The notes below the pieces were generated by a model, which was given only the letters and a program-made list of their open reading frames with translations, was not told the origin of the DNA and did no database searches. The position numbers and the translations under genes are program-made. DNA of 64,000 nucleotides, from assembly GCA_021299465.1 (NCBI GenBank), contig JAJTHB010000005.1, forward strand, positions 173,044-237,043. Reading direction: 5' to 3'. Of the stretch, positions 8,208 through 18,749 are shown in pieces. How positions within the stretch are numbered: position 1 is the stretch's first letter; each line of letters begins with the position of its first letter. This DNA comes from Rickettsiales bacterium. Its GTDB lineage: Bacteria; Pseudomonadota; Alphaproteobacteria; Rickettsiales; SXRF01.

Positions 8208-9062
8208 ATGTTAAAAAGAAGTTTTTCTCTGCTTGTCACCCTGCTTTGGTTGCAAAGCTGCTCGCCGGTGGATGTGCTCAATGAATTCGTGCCGACCGAC
8301 GGCTACACGGTTCAAAAAAACATTCATTATGGCGAGCAGGAGCGCCAGAATCTCGATATCTACCTGCCGCCCAATCTTCACAAAAACACGCCGGTTGCCC
8401 TGTTTTTCCATGGCGGCAGCTGGCAATATGGCGATAAGGATGATTATCTTTTCCTAGGGCAGGGGCTGGTTTCGGAAGGGTTTATCGTCGTCATAGCCAA
8501 TTACCGTTTATACCCTGAAGTCACGTTTCCCGCGTTTCTTGAAGATAACGCGAAGGCGGTGGCATGGGTGCATAAGCATATCGCGCAGTATGGTGTGAGT
8601 AATCGAAATATCACGTTGGTTGGTCATTCCGCTGGAGCCTATAACGCTGTGATGCTGGCGCTGGACGAGCGTTACCTGAAGCAGGTTGGTATGAAACCAT
8701 CGCAGCTAGCGGGCGTGGTGGGGATTTCCGGGCCTTATGATTTTCTGCCGATACGTGGGCGTAAGCTGAATGCTATTTTCTCGCCCAAAGAAAAGCAGGA
8801 TTCGATGGAGCCGGTTTATTATGTGCGTGCCGGTGCGCCGCGCATGTTGCTTTTGACCGGTGATGAGGATGGCCTTGTCTCGCCAGAAAATTCAAAGAAG
8901 CTGGCAGATCTACTGAAAGCCAAGGGCAATGATGTGTCGCTCATCGAGTATAACGGCGTCGGGCATTATGGCATTGCGGCGGGCTTTGCGACGCCTATTT
9001 CATGGAATGATAAAGTGCGAAAAGATATCGCGGATTTCATTCGCCAAGGGCGGAAACAATAG
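8208..9062 (+). CDS. Alpha/beta hydrolase (carboxylesterase family), probable lipoprotein
   Basis: HGGSW, GHSAG nucleophile elbow, lipobox-like WLQSC. Confidence 0.85.
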   Translation: MLKRSFSLLVTLLWLQSCSPVDVLNEFVPTDGYTVQKNIHYGEQERQNLDIYLPPNLHKNTPVALFFHGGSWQYGDKDDYLFLGQGLVSEGFIVVIANYRLYPEVTFPAFLEDNAKAVAWVHKHIAQYGVSNRNITLVGHSAGAYNAVMLALDERYLKQVGMKPSQLAGVVGISGPYDFLPIRGRKLNAIFSPKEKQDSMEPVYYVRAGAPRMLLLTGDEDGLVSPENSKKLADLLKAKGNDVSLIEYNGVGHYGIAAGFATPISWNDKVRKDIADFIRQGRKQ

Positions 9063-10125
9063 CATCACCCATTTCGCTGGTGGTGAGTTTCTTCATGCCG
9101 TCTTGCATGATATCGGCGGTGCGATAGCCTTGTGCGAGTACATGCTTTACCGCAGCTTCAACCGCCTCTGCCTGCTTTGGCATGCCAAACGCATAGCGCA
9201 GCATCATCGCAAAGGACAGGATGGTGGCGATCGGGTTAGCGATGCCTTTGCCGGCAATATCAGGGGCAGAACCATGGATAGGTTCATAAACCCCTGGTGT
9301 ATCCGGCGCGCCGAAGGAGGCGGAAGGCAGCATGCCCAGCGAGCCGGTAAGCTGCGCGCCGATATCAGATAAAATATCGCCGAACATGTTGGTAGTGACC
9401 ATGACATCGAATTGTTTGGGGTTTCGAACCAGTTGCATGGCCGCGTTATCCACATACATATGCGACAGGGTAATCTCAGGGTAGTCCTTATCCCTGATTT
9501 TCTGAACTTCTTCACGCCACATCTCGGTGCATTCCAGCACGTTGGCCTTATCTACGGAGCAGACTTTTCCGCCACGTTTTCTGGCAAGGTCAAACGCCAC
9601 GCGCGCAATGCGGTGTACCTCTGGGGAGGTATAAACTTCAGTATTGATACCCTTTCGCGTACCGTCGGGCAGGGTTTCCACGCCGCGCGGCGAGCCGAAA
9701 TAGATACCCCCCGTGAGTTCCCTGACGATCATCAGATCCAGCCCCGCAATCACCTCGCGCTTTAACGTCGAGGCATCCGCCAGCGCATCAAAGCAAATTG
9801 CCGGGCGGAGATTGGCGAATAGCCCAAGCTCTTTTCTAAGCGCAAGTAACCCGCGCTCCGGCCTTTTTGCGTGTTCAAGCTTTTCCCATTTCGGTCCGCC
9901 AACGGCACCGAGCAGAATTGCATCTGCTTTTTTTGCTTTGGCCAGTGTTTCATCTGGAAATGGGCTGCCTGTTTCATCATAAGCGCAGCCGCCGATCAGC
10001 GCTGTATCGGTGGTAAAGTGAACGCCGTTTTTGCCGTTTAATTGCGCGATGACTTTCTGCGTTTCAGCAACTACTTCCGGGCCGATACCGTCGCCGGGAA
10101 GTAAAAGAATATGTTTAGTGACCAT
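9037..10125 (-). CDS. leuB: 3-isopropylmalate dehydrogenase
   Basis: [39 protein letters not shown]. Confidence 0.97.
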   Translation of the reverse strand: MVTKHILLLPGDGIGPEVVAETQKVIAQLNGKNGVHFTTDTALIGGCAYDETGSPFPDETLAKAKKADAILLGAVGGPKWEKLEHAKRPERGLLALRKELGLFANLRPAICFDALADASTLKREVIAGLDLMIVRELTGGIYFGSPRGVETLPDGTRKGINTEVYTSPEVHRIARVAFDLARKRGGKVCSVDKANVLECTEMWREEVQKIRDKDYPEITLSHMYVDNAAMQLVRNPKQFDVMVTTNMFGDILSDIGAQLTGSLGMLPSASFGAPDTPGVYEPIHGSAPDIAGKGIANPIATILSFAMMLRYAFGMPKQAEAVEAAVKHVLAQGYRTADIMQDGMKKLTTSEMGDAIVSALGE

Positions 10126-10720
10126 TGCGAAGTTCCTTTTTTGCCTGCCTGATGATTTTTAACGCTGAGCTGCCCTCCAGCCAAGTGATAAAGAGAGCAA
10201 CGAAAAGATCCGGCCAGAGGCTATGCGTCATGAATACCAGCCCTGCTGCAATTAATATTGCGACATTGGTGATCGCATCATTGCGGCTGCAAAGCCATAC
10301 GGACTGCATGTTGCTGTCGCGCTCGCGCGAGCGGTAAAGCAGGATCGCGCTGGTGACATTTACGAGCAGCGCGAGCAGCCCAACCCAGCCCATCGTCACA
10401 TAATCAGGAACATGCTGATGCATAATATTATACACACCTTGTCCCAGCGCGGCAGCGGCGAGCAGCAGCATCAGCCCTGCCTTAATCAGCGCCGCACGCG
10501 CGCGCACTCGCAGGCTGCTGGCGAGGACATATAGGGTGAGCAGGTAGCTGAAGGAATCGCTGAGGAAATCCATGGAATCGGCGATCAGCGCGGTGGAATC
10601 ACTTTTCATGCCTTGCCAGAATTCAAGGCCGAACATCGCAAAATTCAACACAAATACCGTGATCAGGACGCGGTGGTCGTGGCTTAGATGGTCATGGGCA
10701 TGGTCGTGATGACTGCCCAT
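10115..10720 (-). CDS. Cation diffusion facilitator (CDF) family transporter, TM domain only
   Basis: His-rich N-terminus; S[13 protein letters not shown] and WLCSRNDAI motifs. Confidence 0.85.
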   Translation of the reverse strand: MGSHHDHAHDHLSHDHRVLITVFVLNFAMFGLEFWQGMKSDSTALIADSMDFLSDSFSYLLTLYVLASSLRVRARAALIKAGLMLLLAAAALGQGVYNIMHQHVPDYVTMGWVGLLALLVNVTSAILLYRSRERDSNMQSVWLCSRNDAITNVAILIAAGLVFMTHSLWPDLFVALFITWLEGSSALKIIRQAKKELRNGH

Positions 10721-11323
10721 TTAAGCAGCCAGCCACGGCGTGAGTTTGCTTTGCTTGGCTTCATAATTAGCGATATCAGCAGTTTTTTCTAAGGTTAAGC
10801 CAATATCGTCCAGCCCGTTTAGTAAACAATGCTTGCGGAATGATTCAATCTCAAATGAAAATTGATGGTTGCCAGCTGTAATGATTTGTTTTTCGAGATC
10901 CACCGTGATTTTTCCGCCATGCGCAGCGGTTTCCATCAGCGTTGCTACCTGTTCTTTTGGCAGCGCGATGGGCAGAATGCCGTTTTTGAAGCAGTTATTA
11001 TAAAAAATATCTGCAAAAGAAGGGGCGATCACGCAGCGAATGCCGAAATCAAGCAGCGCCCAAGGCGCATGCTCACGCGAGGATCCGCAGCCGAAATTAT
11101 TTCCGGCAATCAGGATTTCTGCTTTATCATATGGCGCGCGGTGCAAAACAAAATCTTCAATTTTTTTGCCATCAACCTGAAAGCGCATTTCGTAAAAAAG
11201 ACCTTCTTTCAAACCAGTGCGTTTGATGGTTTTTAGAAATTGCTTGGGAATGATCATATCCGTGTCGATGTTATCGATTGCCAGCGGCGCTGCGATAGCG
11301 GTCAGGGATGAAAATGGTTTCAT
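10721..11323 (-). CDS. leuD: 3-isopropylmalate dehydratase small subunit
   Basis: [29 protein letters not shown]. Confidence 0.97.
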   Translation of the reverse strand: MKPFSSLTAIAAPLAIDNIDTDMIIPKQFLKTIKRTGLKEGLFYEMRFQVDGKKIEDFVLHRAPYDKAEILIAGNNFGCGSSREHAPWALLDFGIRCVIAPSFADIFYNNCFKNGILPIALPKEQVATLMETAAHGGKITVDLEKQIITAGNHQFSFEIESFRKHCLLNGLDDIGLTLEKTADIANYEAKQSKLTPWLAA

Positions 11324-11333
11324 TGAATGTTTC

Positions 11334-11639
11334 CTATAAGGCGATAATCGCTGATTTTATATAATCTTCCATTTCGTGAGTAACACGGCCAGCTTCGTTA
11401 GCTCGCTCAAGCTCTATTATTACCACCAATCCATCCATACTTGGTGTGAATTTTGGTTTAAGAGATCGCGGGATAATCATTTCTAGTTTGCTGCGTAGTT
11501 TGCTTAACTTTTCAAATAGTTGATCAATCGTGCCGGCATTGCTCAAACTAATGACCGACTTTACGCAGTAACCTTTATGTCTGGATTGCAGTGCAATTTT
11601 AAAATTCCACATGTCATGAAAACTCTCGAATATCAACAA
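11334..11639 (-). CDS. Hypothetical protein between leuC and leuD (start uncertain, possibly 11612)
   Basis: ORF exactly fills the leuC-leuD gap; no family recognised. Confidence 0.5.
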   Translation of the reverse strand: MLIFESFHDMWNFKIALQSRHKGYCVKSVISLSNAGTIDQLFEKLSKLRSKLEMIIPRSLKPKFTPSMDGLVVIIELERANEAGRVTHEMEDYIKSAIIAL

Positions 11640-13023
11640 GCTTGCCAGTAATGGCAGCTGCAGCTGCCATCGCGGGTGACATTAAATGCGTGCGCCCACC
11701 GCGCCCCTGACGTCCTTCAAAATTGCGATTGGAGGTGGAGGCACAACGTTCACCTGGCTCCAATTTATCAGCATTCATAGCCAGGCACATCGAGCAACCA
11801 GGCTCACGCCATTCGAAACCCGCTGCACTGAAAATCCTATCAAGCCCTTCTTGCTCAGCTTGCTCTTTTACAAGCCCAGATCCGGGTACAACCATTGCAA
11901 GTTTGATGTTTTTAGCCAGCTTTTTACCCATGGCCACTTTGGCTGCCTCACGCAGGTCTTCGATACGGGCATTGGTGCAGGAGCCAATAAACACTTTATC
12001 AATTTGAATATCTTTTAGCGCAGTACCGGGCAGAAGCCCCATGTAATCGAGTGCTCTTTCGATCGATTTGCGCTCATCGTCGTCAGATATGCTGCGAGGA
12101 TCGGGTATGTTGCCGGTGATGGGTAATACATGCTGCGGCGAAGTTCCCCAAGTTACCTGCGGCGCGATCTCGGCGGCATGCAGCAGGATGTCGGCATCGT
12201 AGGATGCATCAGCATCAGATGGTAGTGTTTTCCAGAATGAAATGGCCTTTTCCCAGTCAGCACCCTGCGGTGACATTGGGCGGCCTTTCAGGTAAGCAAA
12301 TGTTTTCTCATCAGGCGAGATCAAACCTGCGCGCGCGCCTGCCTCGATACTCATGTTGCAGATGGTCATGCGGCCTTCCATGCTAAGGTCTCGTATGGCG
12401 CTACCAGCATACTCGATGACATAACCAGTGCCGCCTGCTGTTCCTATTTTGCCAATGACCGCAAGCACGATATCCTTGGCGGTGACGCCAGAAGGTAAGA
12501 TACCCTCTACCCGTATACGCATATTTTTGGCGCGGCGCTGAATCAGTGTTTGTGTGGCGAGTACATGTTCGACCTCTGAGGTGCCGATGCCGAACGCCAG
12601 CGCGCCGAATGCGCCGTGGGTGCTGGTATGTGAGTCGCCACAGACAATGGTTGTGCCCGGCTGTGTGAAGCCTTGCTCGGGCCCAACAATATGAACGATA
12701 CCTTGCCGCTTATCGTCCATCGCGTAATAGCGGATGCCGAATTCCTCACAATTATGTGCAAGGGTTTCGATCTGAATTCGTGAGGTTTCATCCCTGATAA
12801 TGCCTTGCTTACGCTCTGGTGTGGTGGGGACGTTATGGTCAGCGACAGCAAGCGTGGCGTCAGGTCTACGAACTTTGCGACCAGTTACACGAAGCCCTTC
12901 AAATGCCTGTGGGCTGGTCACTTCATGGATCAGATGGCGATCGATGTACATCAGGCAGGTACCATCATCCTGCGCGTGCACAAGGTGATTATCCCAGATT
13001 TTGTCGTAGAGGGTTTTCTTCAA
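11614..13023 (-). CDS. leuC: 3-isopropylmalate dehydratase large subunit
   Basis: [54 protein letters not shown]. Confidence 0.97.
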   Translation of the reverse strand: MKKTLYDKIWDNHLVHAQDDGTCLMYIDRHLIHEVTSPQAFEGLRVTGRKVRRPDATLAVADHNVPTTPERKQGIIRDETSRIQIETLAHNCEEFGIRYYAMDDKRQGIVHIVGPEQGFTQPGTTIVCGDSHTSTHGAFGALAFGIGTSEVEHVLATQTLIQRRAKNMRIRVEGILPSGVTAKDIVLAVIGKIGTAGGTGYVIEYAGSAIRDLSMEGRMTICNMSIEAGARAGLISPDEKTFAYLKGRPMSPQGADWEKAISFWKTLPSDADASYDADILLHAAEIAPQVTWGTSPQHVLPITGNIPDPRSISDDDERKSIERALDYMGLLPGTALKDIQIDKVFIGSCTNARIEDLREAAKVAMGKKLAKNIKLAMVVPGSGLVKEQAEQEGLDRIFSAAGFEWREPGCSMCLAMNADKLEPGERCASTSNRNFEGRQGRGGRTHLMSPAMAAAAAITGKLVDIREFS

Positions 13024-13027
13024 TTCT

Positions 13028-13097
13028 TGTCATCCCGCATTCATTGCGGGATCTCCCTCAATCATCATGAGACCCCGCAACTAAGTGCGGGGAGACA
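13028..13097. repeat. RPE/REP-like double-hairpin palindromic element
   Basis: TGTCATCCCGCATTCATTGCGGGATCTC...GAGACCCCGCAACTAAGTGCGGGGAGACA: two hairpins inside terminal inverted repeats. Confidence 0.75.
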
Positions 13098-13100
13098 CTA

Positions 13101-13475
13101 TTATTCAGCGGCTGCTTCTTCGCGTTTTTCAGTGATGCGGGCGGCTTTACCAGCGCGGCCACGAAGATAGTAAAGCTTGGCGCGGCGGACATTACCTTTG
13201 CGAACCAGTTCTACACCCTCGATGCGAGGCGAGTACATAGGGAACACGCGCTCGACGCCTTCGCCATGACTTAGTTTACGCACGGTGAATGAGGAACGCA
13301 GACCTGCATTGCGCTTAGCGATGCATACACCTTCAAAAGCCTGAACGCGCTCAGTTGCGCCTTCGACGATACGAACATTAACACGCACCGTGTCGCCTTC
13401 TTGGAAGGTATCGAGACGTTTGCCCTCAGCTAGTTTCTGAGCCTGAGCGGCTTCAATTTTTTGTAACATGTTCAT
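13101..13475 (-). CDS. rplS: 50S ribosomal protein L19
   Basis: [37 protein letters not shown]. Confidence 0.98.
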   Translation of the reverse strand: MNMLQKIEAAQAQKLAEGKRLDTFQEGDTVRVNVRIVEGATERVQAFEGVCIAKRNAGLRSSFTVRKLSHGEGVERVFPMYSPRIEGVELVRKGNVRRAKLYYLRGRAGKAARITEKREEAAAE

Positions 13476-13476
13476 A

Positions 13477-14193
13477 TCATTCTTCCTTCTTATCTATCAC
13501 TAAATCAGGCCGCCGGATTCGGGTCATTTCCCTTGCTTGTTCCAGCCGCCAGCGTTTAATTTCCTGGTGGTTTCCACTTAACAGTGTCTCAGGCACACTC
13601 ATGCCCATCCACAAAGGAGGGCGAGTATAATGAGAATGTTCAAGTAGTCCAGCATATTCTGAGGCTAAACCAAAACTTTCTTGCCTGCTGGATTCATGCT
13701 TGCCCATGACGCCCGGAATGAGGCGCACAATGGCGTCCAGCATGGCGATGGCTGCGGGTTCGCCGCCGGAAAGCACAAAATCCCCAAGGCTGATTTCCTC
13801 CATCTGGTGATGCTCGATCACACGCTGATCCACCCCCTCAAACCTACCGCAGAGGATAATTAAATTTCTTTTTGATAATTCAGTAGCAAGCGGCTGATTA
13901 AATGGCCTCCCGCGTGGCGATGTATAAACAACGTTTGCGTCGGGTAGTTTGCTTTTAGCGGCTATAAGCGCGTCATGAACAACATCTGGCTTAAGCACCA
14001 TACCTTCACCGCCACCGTAAGGCGGGCTATCCACCGTGCGGTGCTTGTCGGTCGCAAAGCCTCGAATATCAATCGCCTCGAGCGACCATAGCCCGCTTTT
14101 AAGCGCTGTACCTGCGAGCGAATGCCCAAGCGTTCCCGGGAACATGTCGGGAAAGAGGGTGAGAGCGATGGCAGAAAATTTCTGATTTATCAT
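13477..14193 (-). CDS. trmD: tRNA (guanine-N1)-methyltransferase
   Basis: [42 protein letters not shown]. Confidence 0.97.
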   Translation of the reverse strand: MINQKFSAIALTLFPDMFPGTLGHSLAGTALKSGLWSLEAIDIRGFATDKHRTVDSPPYGGGEGMVLKPDVVHDALIAAKSKLPDANVVYTSPRGRPFNQPLATELSKRNLIILCGRFEGVDQRVIEHHQMEEISLGDFVLSGGEPAAIAMLDAIVRLIPGVMGKHESSRQESFGLASEYAGLLEHSHYTRPPLWMGMSVPETLLSGNHQEIKRWRLEQAREMTRIRRPDLVIDKKEE

Positions 14194-14203
14194 AATTTGG
14201 TTG

Positions 14204-14278
14204 TGTCACCCTCGGCCTTGAGCCGAGGGTCCATCTTTTATTATCTGATGGATGCTCGGGTCAAGCCCGAGCATGACA
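14204..14278. repeat. RPE/REP-like double-hairpin palindromic element
   Basis: TGTCACCCTCGGCCTTGAGCCGAGGGTCCATC...GATGGATGCTCGGGTCAAGCCCGAGCATGACA. Confidence 0.85.
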
Positions 14279-14283
14279 AAGGA

Positions 14284-14541
14284 TCATTCTTTCTGCGGCG
14301 GGACTTCAAAAAACTCAAAATTTTGTACGATTAAATGCTGACCATCACTTGATTGAACCAAAAATTCTGGTTTTAGCGGCAGCATTTCGATTTTTTTGTT
14401 GGTTGCTTTTTCGATATCGCACACAAAACCGGCGCCATAATCATACACAGCAACAATGGTGCCATAGAGCTTACCGGCAGGTGTCAGCACCTGTTTGCCG
14501 GTTTCCGGATGTGCCGGGTGTTTACCGAGGCTGCGCTTCAA
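14284..14541 (-). CDS. rimM: RimM-like protein, PRC-barrel (C-terminal) domain only, 85 aa
   Basis: Canonical position between rpsP and trmD; GKQVLTPAGKLYGTIVAVYDYGAGFVCDIE matches the RimM PRC barrel; there is no room for an N-terminal domain. Confidence 0.7.
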   Translation of the reverse strand: MKRSLGKHPAHPETGKQVLTPAGKLYGTIVAVYDYGAGFVCDIEKATNKKIEMLPLKPEFLVQSSDGQHLIVQNFEFFEVPPQKE

Positions 14542-14545
14542 TCAA

Positions 14546-14890
14546 TTAAGCAGCGGCAGGTGCTTCAGCAGCAGGCGCTGCAGCTTCTTCGCCCTTATCT
14601 TTTTTGGATTTGCGGGCAGGGCGCTGGGCCGGTTTGGTTTTCACCAGGCCAGCCTGATTGAAAAACAGATGCACGCGGTCGCTCATTTGTGCGCCGACGG
14701 AGAGCCAATGCTTGGCGCGATCAGTATCGATGATCACTCGCTTGGCGTCGCCGGTAGGAAGCATCGGGCTATAGGTACCGATATTCTCGATGAATTTGCT
14801 ATCGCGCGGGCTGCGGGAATTGGTAACTAAAATCTTGTAAAATGGGCGTTTTTTAGTTCCGGCGCGGGAAAGTCTGATAGTAGCGGGCAT
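14546..14890 (-). CDS. rpsP: 30S ribosomal protein S16
   Basis: IRLSRAGTKKRPFYKILVTNSRSPRDSKFIENIGTY; ATG at 14890. Confidence 0.97.
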   Translation of the reverse strand: MPATIRLSRAGTKKRPFYKILVTNSRSPRDSKFIENIGTYSPMLPTGDAKRVIIDTDRAKHWLSVGAQMSDRVHLFFNQAGLVKTKPAQRPARKSKKDKGEEAAAPAAEAPAAA

Positions 14891-15029
14891 AGGATCCTTC
14901 AATCGAATAAAGTGTTTAAGGGGGCGCTTTCTAGCAGTTTTTAGGGCATACGACAAGCATAAATATGCGGCTGAATAGAAAATCTTAACATTTTGTCTGT
15001 TATGATTTTTGTCTGTTATGATATTTTCG

Positions 15030-15731
15030 ATGATTCGTGAACTTGCCGCCGCCTCAAGAGAAAAAATGAACGAACTGCCCCATCCGCGTGTCGTAAAACG
15101 CTTGCTTGCGCGCAAGCTGGATATGCAGAAGATCCTGAGCAAGGTCATTCACAGCCTGACCCTTGCCGTTTACCGCCCAACCTATATTGGTTTTGAGAAT
15201 ATCCCTAAATCAGGACCTGTGATTATTATCGCAAACCATGTGTCCTATGTTGATGGGCCGGTGATTGATGCCGGTACGCGCCGCAATGTGCGCTACATTA
15301 TCGATCAGGATATTTATAATCTGCCCGGCGTTCATTATATGATGAAGCTCGACCGCGCGATTCCCATTGCGCCGACTCGTAAAAGTATTGAGGAAGCCTT
15401 TGATGCAATTTCTGAAGGGCTGAGGCAAGGCGATGCGATTTGTATTTTTCCGGAGGGATTTCTCACCTTCACCGGCGGGCTTGGGCGTTTCAGGCCGGGT
15501 ATTGAGTGGATCATCAAGCGTGATCCGGTGCCGATCGTACCGATTGCGATTTCCGGACTCTGGGGCAGCATGTTCAGCCGCAAATACTTGAAATCACCGC
15601 TGCGCTGGCTACCGCGCCATTTCGGCCTGAAGGTGAAAGTCAAATGCGGCCCTGCCATCGACCCGCTTACTACTAAAGTGGATGTGAATTATCTTCAGGA
15701 AGTGGTGCTGAGGCTGAAATATTCGATTTAA
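15030..15731 (+). CDS. 1-acyl-sn-glycerol-3-phosphate acyltransferase (PlsC/Aas-like); start uncertain
   Basis: NHVSYVD (HX4D) and IFPEG motifs. Confidence 0.88.
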   Translation: MIRELAAASREKMNELPHPRVVKRLLARKLDMQKILSKVIHSLTLAVYRPTYIGFENIPKSGPVIIIANHVSYVDGPVIDAGTRRNVRYIIDQDIYNLPGVHYMMKLDRAIPIAPTRKSIEEAFDAISEGLRQGDAICIFPEGFLTFTGGLGRFRPGIEWIIKRDPVPIVPIAISGLWGSMFSRKYLKSPLRWLPRHFGLKVKVKCGPAIDPLTTKVDVNYLQEVVLRLKYSI

Positions 15732-17080
15732 CGCAGCCCGCCAAACAGCTGCCCCAATCCCCCGCGCATCAGGCCTTTCTGGCCCATCTTTTTCATTTTT
15801 TTCATCATGTCGGCCATTTGCATCTGCTGCTTGAGGATCTTATTCACATCCTGCACCTGAACGCCTGCGCCTTTTGCGATGCGCTGGCGGCGTGAGGCGT
15901 TGATGAGTTTGGGGAACTGGCGTTCTTTTTTGGTCATCGAAAGAATGATCGCCTCTTGTCGCGCGATCATATTATCATCAATCTTGCCTTCGATCTCTTC
16001 CTTCAGTTTGCCCATGCCCGGCAGCAGGTTTAGCATACTGCCAAAGCCGCCCATTTTTTTCATCTTTCGCATCTGGTCGAGCAGGTCGTTGAAATCGAAC
16101 TGCCCCTGCATCATGCGCTCAGCCATTTGCTCGGCTTCTTTTTGATCCACCGCTTCGGCGGCTTTTTCAACGAGCGCAACGATATCGCCCATGTCCAAGA
16201 TGCGGCCAGCGATGCGTGCGGGGTGGAATTCTTCAAACTCGGAAAGCTTCTCGCCGACGCCGATAAATTTAATCGGCTGGCCGGTGACCGCGCGCATGGA
16301 AAGCGCCGCGCCGCCGCGCCCATCACCATCAACGCGTGTTAAGATCAAACCCGAAACGCCAATCTGCTCGTGGAAGGTTTTAGCGATGTTCACCGCGTCC
16401 TGACCGGTGAGCGAATCAGCGACCAGTAGTGTCTCAATGGGCTGGGCGAGCTGTTTCACTTGCTTCAGCTCATCCATCAGCTCGCCGTCAATATGCAGGC
16501 GGCCGGCGGTATCAAGCAGCAACACATCATAGCCGCCAAGGCGCGCTTCTTTGATCGCGCGCTCGGTGATTTCCTGTGGTTTTTGACCGGGTATAATTGG
16601 CAGCGCATCAATACCTGCCTGCTTGGCCACTTGCGCCAGCTGTTCCTGCGCGGCGGGGCGGTAAATATCAAGCGAGGCAACCAGCACTTTTTTGTTCTGT
16701 TTAGTTTTCAATCTCAGTGCGAGCTTGCCGGTGGAGGTGGTTTTGCCGGAGCCTTGCAGGCCGACCATCATGATGATGGCAGGCGGTGTTGTGGCTAGAT
16801 TCAGTGGCTGATTTTCGCTGCCAAGGAGTTCGGTTAAGTGGTCATTGACGAGTTTGATGACCATCTGGGCCGGGTTGACGTTCTGGATCACCTCGACGCC
16901 GACGGCTTTGACCTTCAGCGAGGCAATGAAATCTTTGACCACCGGCAGCGCCACATCGGCCTCAAGCAGGGCGATGCGAACCTCGCGCATCACCGCGTCA
17001 ATATCCGCCTCCGAGAGCACCCCTTTGCCACGAAGCTTACTGAAGATGCCGCTTAACTTATTGGAAAGACTTGAGAACAT
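15728..17080 (-). CDS. ffh: Signal recognition particle protein
   Basis: GLQGSGKTT, DTAGR, RIAGRILDMGD, M-domain. Confidence 0.98.
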   Translation of the reverse strand: MFSSLSNKLSGIFSKLRGKGVLSEADIDAVMREVRIALLEADVALPVVKDFIASLKVKAVGVEVIQNVNPAQMVIKLVNDHLTELLGSENQPLNLATTPPAIIMMVGLQGSGKTTSTGKLALRLKTKQNKKVLVASLDIYRPAAQEQLAQVAKQAGIDALPIIPGQKPQEITERAIKEARLGGYDVLLLDTAGRLHIDGELMDELKQVKQLAQPIETLLVADSLTGQDAVNIAKTFHEQIGVSGLILTRVDGDGRGGAALSMRAVTGQPIKFIGVGEKLSEFEEFHPARIAGRILDMGDIVALVEKAAEAVDQKEAEQMAERMMQGQFDFNDLLDQMRKMKKMGGFGSMLNLLPGMGKLKEEIEGKIDDNMIARQEAIILSMTKKERQFPKLINASRRQRIAKGAGVQVQDVNKILKQQMQMADMMKKMKKMGQKGLMRGGLGQLFGGLR

Positions 17081-17173
17081 GGCTTAACTGTCACAAAACA
17101 TTAACATATAACAACTATAGTTGAGGATCATATTATGCTATTTTTTTAGAGTTTATAACGAAAGCGCACCCGC

Positions 17174-18460
17174 ATGTCGATTGAAGAGATTATTCCTTCG
17201 CTTAAACTATCTGACAGCAAATTGCTGGAACGTGCACAAACAAAAGCAGTTTATGCACTCGCAGATGCCTATGAAGCTGATTTAAAGGCGCTAATTGATA
17301 AGTTAGAAAAAAAGTACCATTTGAAAATCGGTAAGTTGATAGGGGTTGGCTCACTTGCGCTGGTTTTTGAAATAGAGCAGCCCGCCAAGGAAGGTGAAAA
17401 AGGCGTGGAGGTGTTCAAGAAGTCGGTTATTAGAATTCAGGGTAAAGAAAACACCGGTTTTGTTGATAACCCGCTTGCTATCCAGCCGCTACTTAACATC
17501 TCGAATGATGAGCTTGGAGAGGATAGCTACTACTCAGCTACTATCGTTCCGCGTGCTGAGATGGAGCGGGATGGTAAAGCAGCATCTCCTGATGAAATTC
17601 TACACACGATCGCTGCATTCAACGCGAAGAAGCAGTTTCCGCGTTTGTTTGATCTTTCCGAGGATCAGTTTGGGTTTATACCTGGTATTGCAACACCGGT
17701 ACTCATTGATATCAGCTCCATGTCTCATGATGATCCGGAGCAGCAGAAGAAAAAAATTGGATTTGGCGGTGTAGATAAGTTTATCGATACGCTTTCGGCT
17801 AAAACGGGCAAAAGCAAGGATGAGATCTTATCAAATAAGGAAGGCCTTGATCAGCTGGTGGCGCTGGAGATGGCGTCTCGCCGTCTGAATTCAGATGCGC
17901 TGCAAGAGTTTCGCGATGCCGATATCAATCTCGAAACACCGGCACAAAAACTCGCGCGGCAGCTTCTTGATACCCCCCTTCACTGGACTACCGAGGATAG
18001 TAACGGAAATGATGTTGATACTTATAACTTTAAGCAGTTTCTTGAGTATGTGACGACTGCCGATTATGCGGATGCTAATAAACCTGGAGGGATTATAGAT
18101 GTATCCAAAAAGGCGCAGCCCTCGCTGGTGGAGTACTATGAGTTAAAGAAGCATGCTGGCGATATCGTGGCGCTTCTGACACGAATTGAAAAAGGCCACA
18201 GCAACATCGGCCATGCTGAAAAAGAAACGCTGAAAAAGGGCTATCAGCTGGTGGCTTCGATTGCAGCCAACTACAACGATGTCAGACCCTTTGTGGAATC
18301 GATTGGTGCGGTAACTGAAAAACTGACAGGGAATGTCAATAAGTCAGCGGTTAATGACGCAGAAGAGGGCACGCTATTTAATTCGATAATGGTTCAATAT
18401 AGTCAGTTATTACAGGAGCTTCATATAGAAGTTCCCAAAGCTCGCCGTCTAGGCGGCTGA
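17174..18460 (+). CDS. Hypothetical protein with atypical protein-kinase-like N-terminal half
   Basis: KLIGVGSLALVFEI (Gly-loop-like), FDLSEDQFGF (catalytic-loop-like), PVLIDIS (DFG-like); helical C-terminal half. Confidence 0.5.
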   Translation: MSIEEIIPSLKLSDSKLLERAQTKAVYALADAYEADLKALIDKLEKKYHLKIGKLIGVGSLALVFEIEQPAKEGEKGVEVFKKSVIRIQGKENTGFVDNPLAIQPLLNISNDELGEDSYYSATIVPRAEMERDGKAASPDEILHTIAAFNAKKQFPRLFDLSEDQFGFIPGIATPVLIDISSMSHDDPEQQKKKIGFGGVDKFIDTLSAKTGKSKDEILSNKEGLDQLVALEMASRRLNSDALQEFRDADINLETPAQKLARQLLDTPLHWTTEDSNGNDVDTYNFKQFLEYVTTADYADANKPGGIIDVSKKAQPSLVEYYELKKHAGDIVALLTRIEKGHSNIGHAEKETLKKGYQLVASIAANYNDVRPFVESIGAVTEKLTGNVNKSAVNDAEEGTLFNSIMVQYSQLLQELHIEVPKARRLGG

Positions 18461-18504
18461 GCAATTTTTTCAAAAAATTAACATCTATGGTTTAAAGTCG
18501 AAGT

Positions 18505-18747
18505 ATGGAAAACGATACACCCATATATAGTTTAATCCCGCCATCAGAGCTGAGTGGTTTGTCTGCTGAGACCGCGGCAAGAATCTCCGAAAATCCTATG
18601 CCAACATCACAAAGGGTTTCTAACTTAACACCGCTTGAACTGGTTGGTCAGGGACAGCTATCAGCTAAAGATGCTGGCAAAAGTGACCCAGTTAGCCAGC
18701 CAATGCCATCAACTGGAAAAGAACCTTCCGGAAAAGGCAGGGGCTAG
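18505..18747 (+). CDS. 80-aa Ser/Pro-rich peptide, module copy B
   Basis: Ends SGKGRG; 2 nt before the partner gene. Confidence 0.65.
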   Translation: MENDTPIYSLIPPSELSGLSAETAARISENPMPTSQRVSNLTPLELVGQGQLSAKDAGKSDPVSQPMPSTGKEPSGKGRG

Positions 18748-18749
18748 CC

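Noticed and set aside
14891-15148. 200-aa ORF extending S16 upstream
   Set aside because: The true rpsP start is ATG 14890; the extension overlaps the divergent acyltransferase and promoter region.
18478-18495. TTAA…TTAA upstream of module B as a CtrA box
   Set aside because: The spacer is 10 nt, not 7.
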